Positions 61,521 through 64,000 of a stretch of DNA of 64,000 nucleotides are shown here, in pieces. The notes below the pieces were generated by a model. The model saw only the letters and a program-made list of their open reading frames with translations. It had not been told where the DNA came from and ran no database searches. The position numbers were made by a program, and so were the translations under genes. This stretch comes from Felis catus (lineage: Eukaryota): contig NC_058368.1 in the NCBI RefSeq assembly GCF_018350175.1, positions 98,396,001 through 98,460,000 of the forward strand, written 5' to 3'. Positions within the stretch are counted from its first letter, which is position 1. The number at the start of each line of letters is the position of its first letter.

Positions 61521-63769
61521 TGTGGTATCTGTAGTGGTGTCCTGTAGTATTTACACATTCCTTGAAAGCAGAAATTATATGTTCCTCCCTCTGACTCTAC
61601 TTTTGGTGTTCCTACCTCATTCCTCGTATATACAGGCTACTTAAATTAGCCATAAACAGAGAAAGATTTTATCTTATAGAAGAAAAGTTGAAGGCTTGAA
61701 GGGCAAAATCTTTATGGTGTGTAGTTAGAACCTGGAACTCAAATTTGGGACCCCTGTCTCACAATTCAATTCTGATGCCTCTGCAGGAGGTCTCCTCTAT
61801 TAATTAGCTCTATTAATTAGCTCCTCTATTAGGTAGCGGTTGTCCTCTGTGAAATAGCCTAGAACACTTACAAAATTGTATTAATGTGAGGCTGTAAGTA
61901 TGTAATGTAAACATTTCCCTTCAAGTTACTTCAAGGAAATGTCTTCACTCTACCTCATGGTAAGAGATGTAAGAAATGATTAAAGGCAATATCTCTTGAT
62001 GATCAGATAGCATTGCAAAAATAATTCATCTATTACATTTCTCTTGCCAGGGCAGCTTGATTTTTTTTTTTCCTACACTATAATTAGGATTCTTTTCCTG
62101 ACTCACTGGTGAGCATTATGGTGATGATGATGATAATAATGGCACTACCATATTATATGCTTCAGAGCTTTATGCATTTACCGGCACGTTTTGGTCCTTA
62201 CCACACTGATCTTTACCATACTCAGAAAGACAGAATATATACAAATATAATGTGCCACAAGGACAAGAGGGACTGAGAACACGGAATCCCCTTGTTGCCC
62301 ACTTACCTTTTGTTGCTACTTTACCCAAGGTATTTCTAGAAATATAATTTCTATACAGTTATTGTGGAAGATCTTACATTTTCACTCAGTCTTATGGACA
62401 AGCTGCTGTTTTTTTTCCCTGGGAATTTTAAGTCACAATATTGGTTATAGTTTCTTTAAAACAGAGACCTGACCCTTAGAGGTAACAAGCTAGAATCAAA
62501 TACTTTATAAGACTTGACAAGTCAGCATTAAATAGGGGTTGTACAATCCTATGTTCGTTTCTTTCATGAAATACAGCGTTGAGGTATGGAAAACTCATAA
62601 ATCAATATTTCTGCCCTATCCTTACCCACTCTCCTTTGCTACTCCTTTTACTGTTGACCTTGAAGTCACCAGAGTCCTATGAAAATCCCTTGTCATCATC
62701 ACCTGGCTCTAAAGAGACTCCACCTGATTTTTGCCTTTCAAAACAAAGTTTGTGAGCCTCAGCAAAACTCTTAACTCTGGACCTGAAGATATAGGTGGTT
62801 ATTCACTGTCTTCAGACTCACTTGATGATGGCTTCAGTACGTGTATGATGGTGAGGAGTAGGGGTGCTTAACCGTGTGGTTTGGTTGATTGAGTTATTTC
62901 TCCACAAGGTCTTTCCATGTTAGCGTTCTAAAGTCTGAAGTGTAAATATTTTCATTACTGAAGACTCTGCAGGTTTGTGATTATGGCAACAGTGTTTTAT
63001 TCTTTGTCCTTCAGTTACTTTTTGAGAGTCTGCTAATCCCAATTTACGTACTGGTGAGTCAGGGAGAAATCTGGTTCTTTTATGGAAATGACTTAGGCTT
63101 CATACCAAATAGCCAGAAAAGAGTGAAATAGTCTGCTTGTTATTTTTCTCAAGGGTATAATAGCATGATAAAAACTTTGGCATTTCAGCTGCAAAATTTC
63201 ATTTAGAAAATGTGATTCCCTAAACCAGGCTAATCCAATCTTGACAATATCTGAAGAATGAGTGGTTTAGACTGGGCTGTTTAGGAAAAATGTTTCCGCT
63301 GGGTCTATTTATTGTACTTCATTGACTTTCTGTCTTGCCAAGTCATTTGGAATCTAACTATCCAGGAGATGATTCTCTTGACTAAAGAAAAAAATATATA
63401 TATAATATCACATTCTACTTCTTATAACAATTGATTTGCTTATAATTAGCAAAAGTAAGCTGAAGACTTAAATGGGCGCTAAAGCTACAATATTAACAAT
63501 TTCCATATTGAGCAAATGTAGAAAGAAAACACAATTTAAACTACCATTTTTTAAATGTGGAGTTTCAGCATTCCTTACAGCAGTTAATACATGTTCTGAA
63601 GTTCCATTTTGAAAAACAAATAACATGAATCAACTACGACTTGGCTCCATGATCTGAAATAATGATCTCAGGTAGGAAATCAGTATTTCTATTCAGCCAG
63701 TTCAAAAGGTAATTTTTCAGCGTGTTATTGTAATGGAAACTTACAGCCTACTTATGATGAAAAATAACT

Positions 63770-63930
63770 TCAGAGTCTGATACTGTGTTGCAGTGTCAAC
63801 TCTGCTTCTTGTTATCTCTGCAGTTTTAGGGTGTTTAAACCCTTTGAGTCTTGGTTTCTTCCATCATTTAAAAAAAAAGCACTATTTCTAATTTCCAAGG
63901 ATTTCCTATCATTTCAAGTTTGGAGCTTTG
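63770..63930 (+). mobile_element. MIR-like fragment
   Basis: gagtctga...actctgcttctt...tttaaaccctttgagtcttggtttcttccatc; weak. Confidence 0.45.
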
Positions 63931-64000
63931 TGACATTTATTTGTTGGGTTTCTAACTGTAATTTAGAAGTGTAATTTTCTGCGTTCCCCAGGGTAAATTC

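Noticed and set aside
61795..61832. 13-bp tandem duplication ctctattaattag
   Set aside because: Ordinary slippage duplication with no further structure

Overview
This is AT-rich, repeat-dense mammalian non-coding DNA from a felid (domestic cat or a close relative), judged from about 42 Can-SINE copies (including CpG-intact Felis-type ones) and feline L1 3' ends. I find no credible host protein-coding gene, RNA gene or CRISPR array. The listed ORFs are transposon remnants, SINE or low-complexity read-throughs, or chance ORFs, so the window reads as intronic or intergenic. It contains a decayed, near-full-length old L1 (~14.84-24.08 kb, minus strand) with nested younger insertions, and a young 5'-truncated L1 with an intact ORF2 C-terminus (48.09-48.92 kb). 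It also has L2 and MIR fossils, several MaLR/ERVL LTRs, a betaretrovirus-like solo LTR with a 6-bp target-site duplication (TSD) at 57.14-57.58 kb, and MER5/MER44/MER45-type DNA transposon relics. The most interesting signals are mechanistic footprints: two twin-priming L1 inversions with TSDs, a probable L1 3' transduction of ~200 bp of unique DNA, and a 38-nt L1 stub in a SINE tail. There are also templated fold-back repair scars, recurrent lesions at the SINE Pol III B-box, and short duplications bracketing (TA)n tracts. A few candidate non-coding exons and regulatory motifs lie in the repeat-free blocks. I do not see evidence for a new biological system. Subfamily names come from recalled consensus sequences, not a database search, and boundaries of old elements are approximate.
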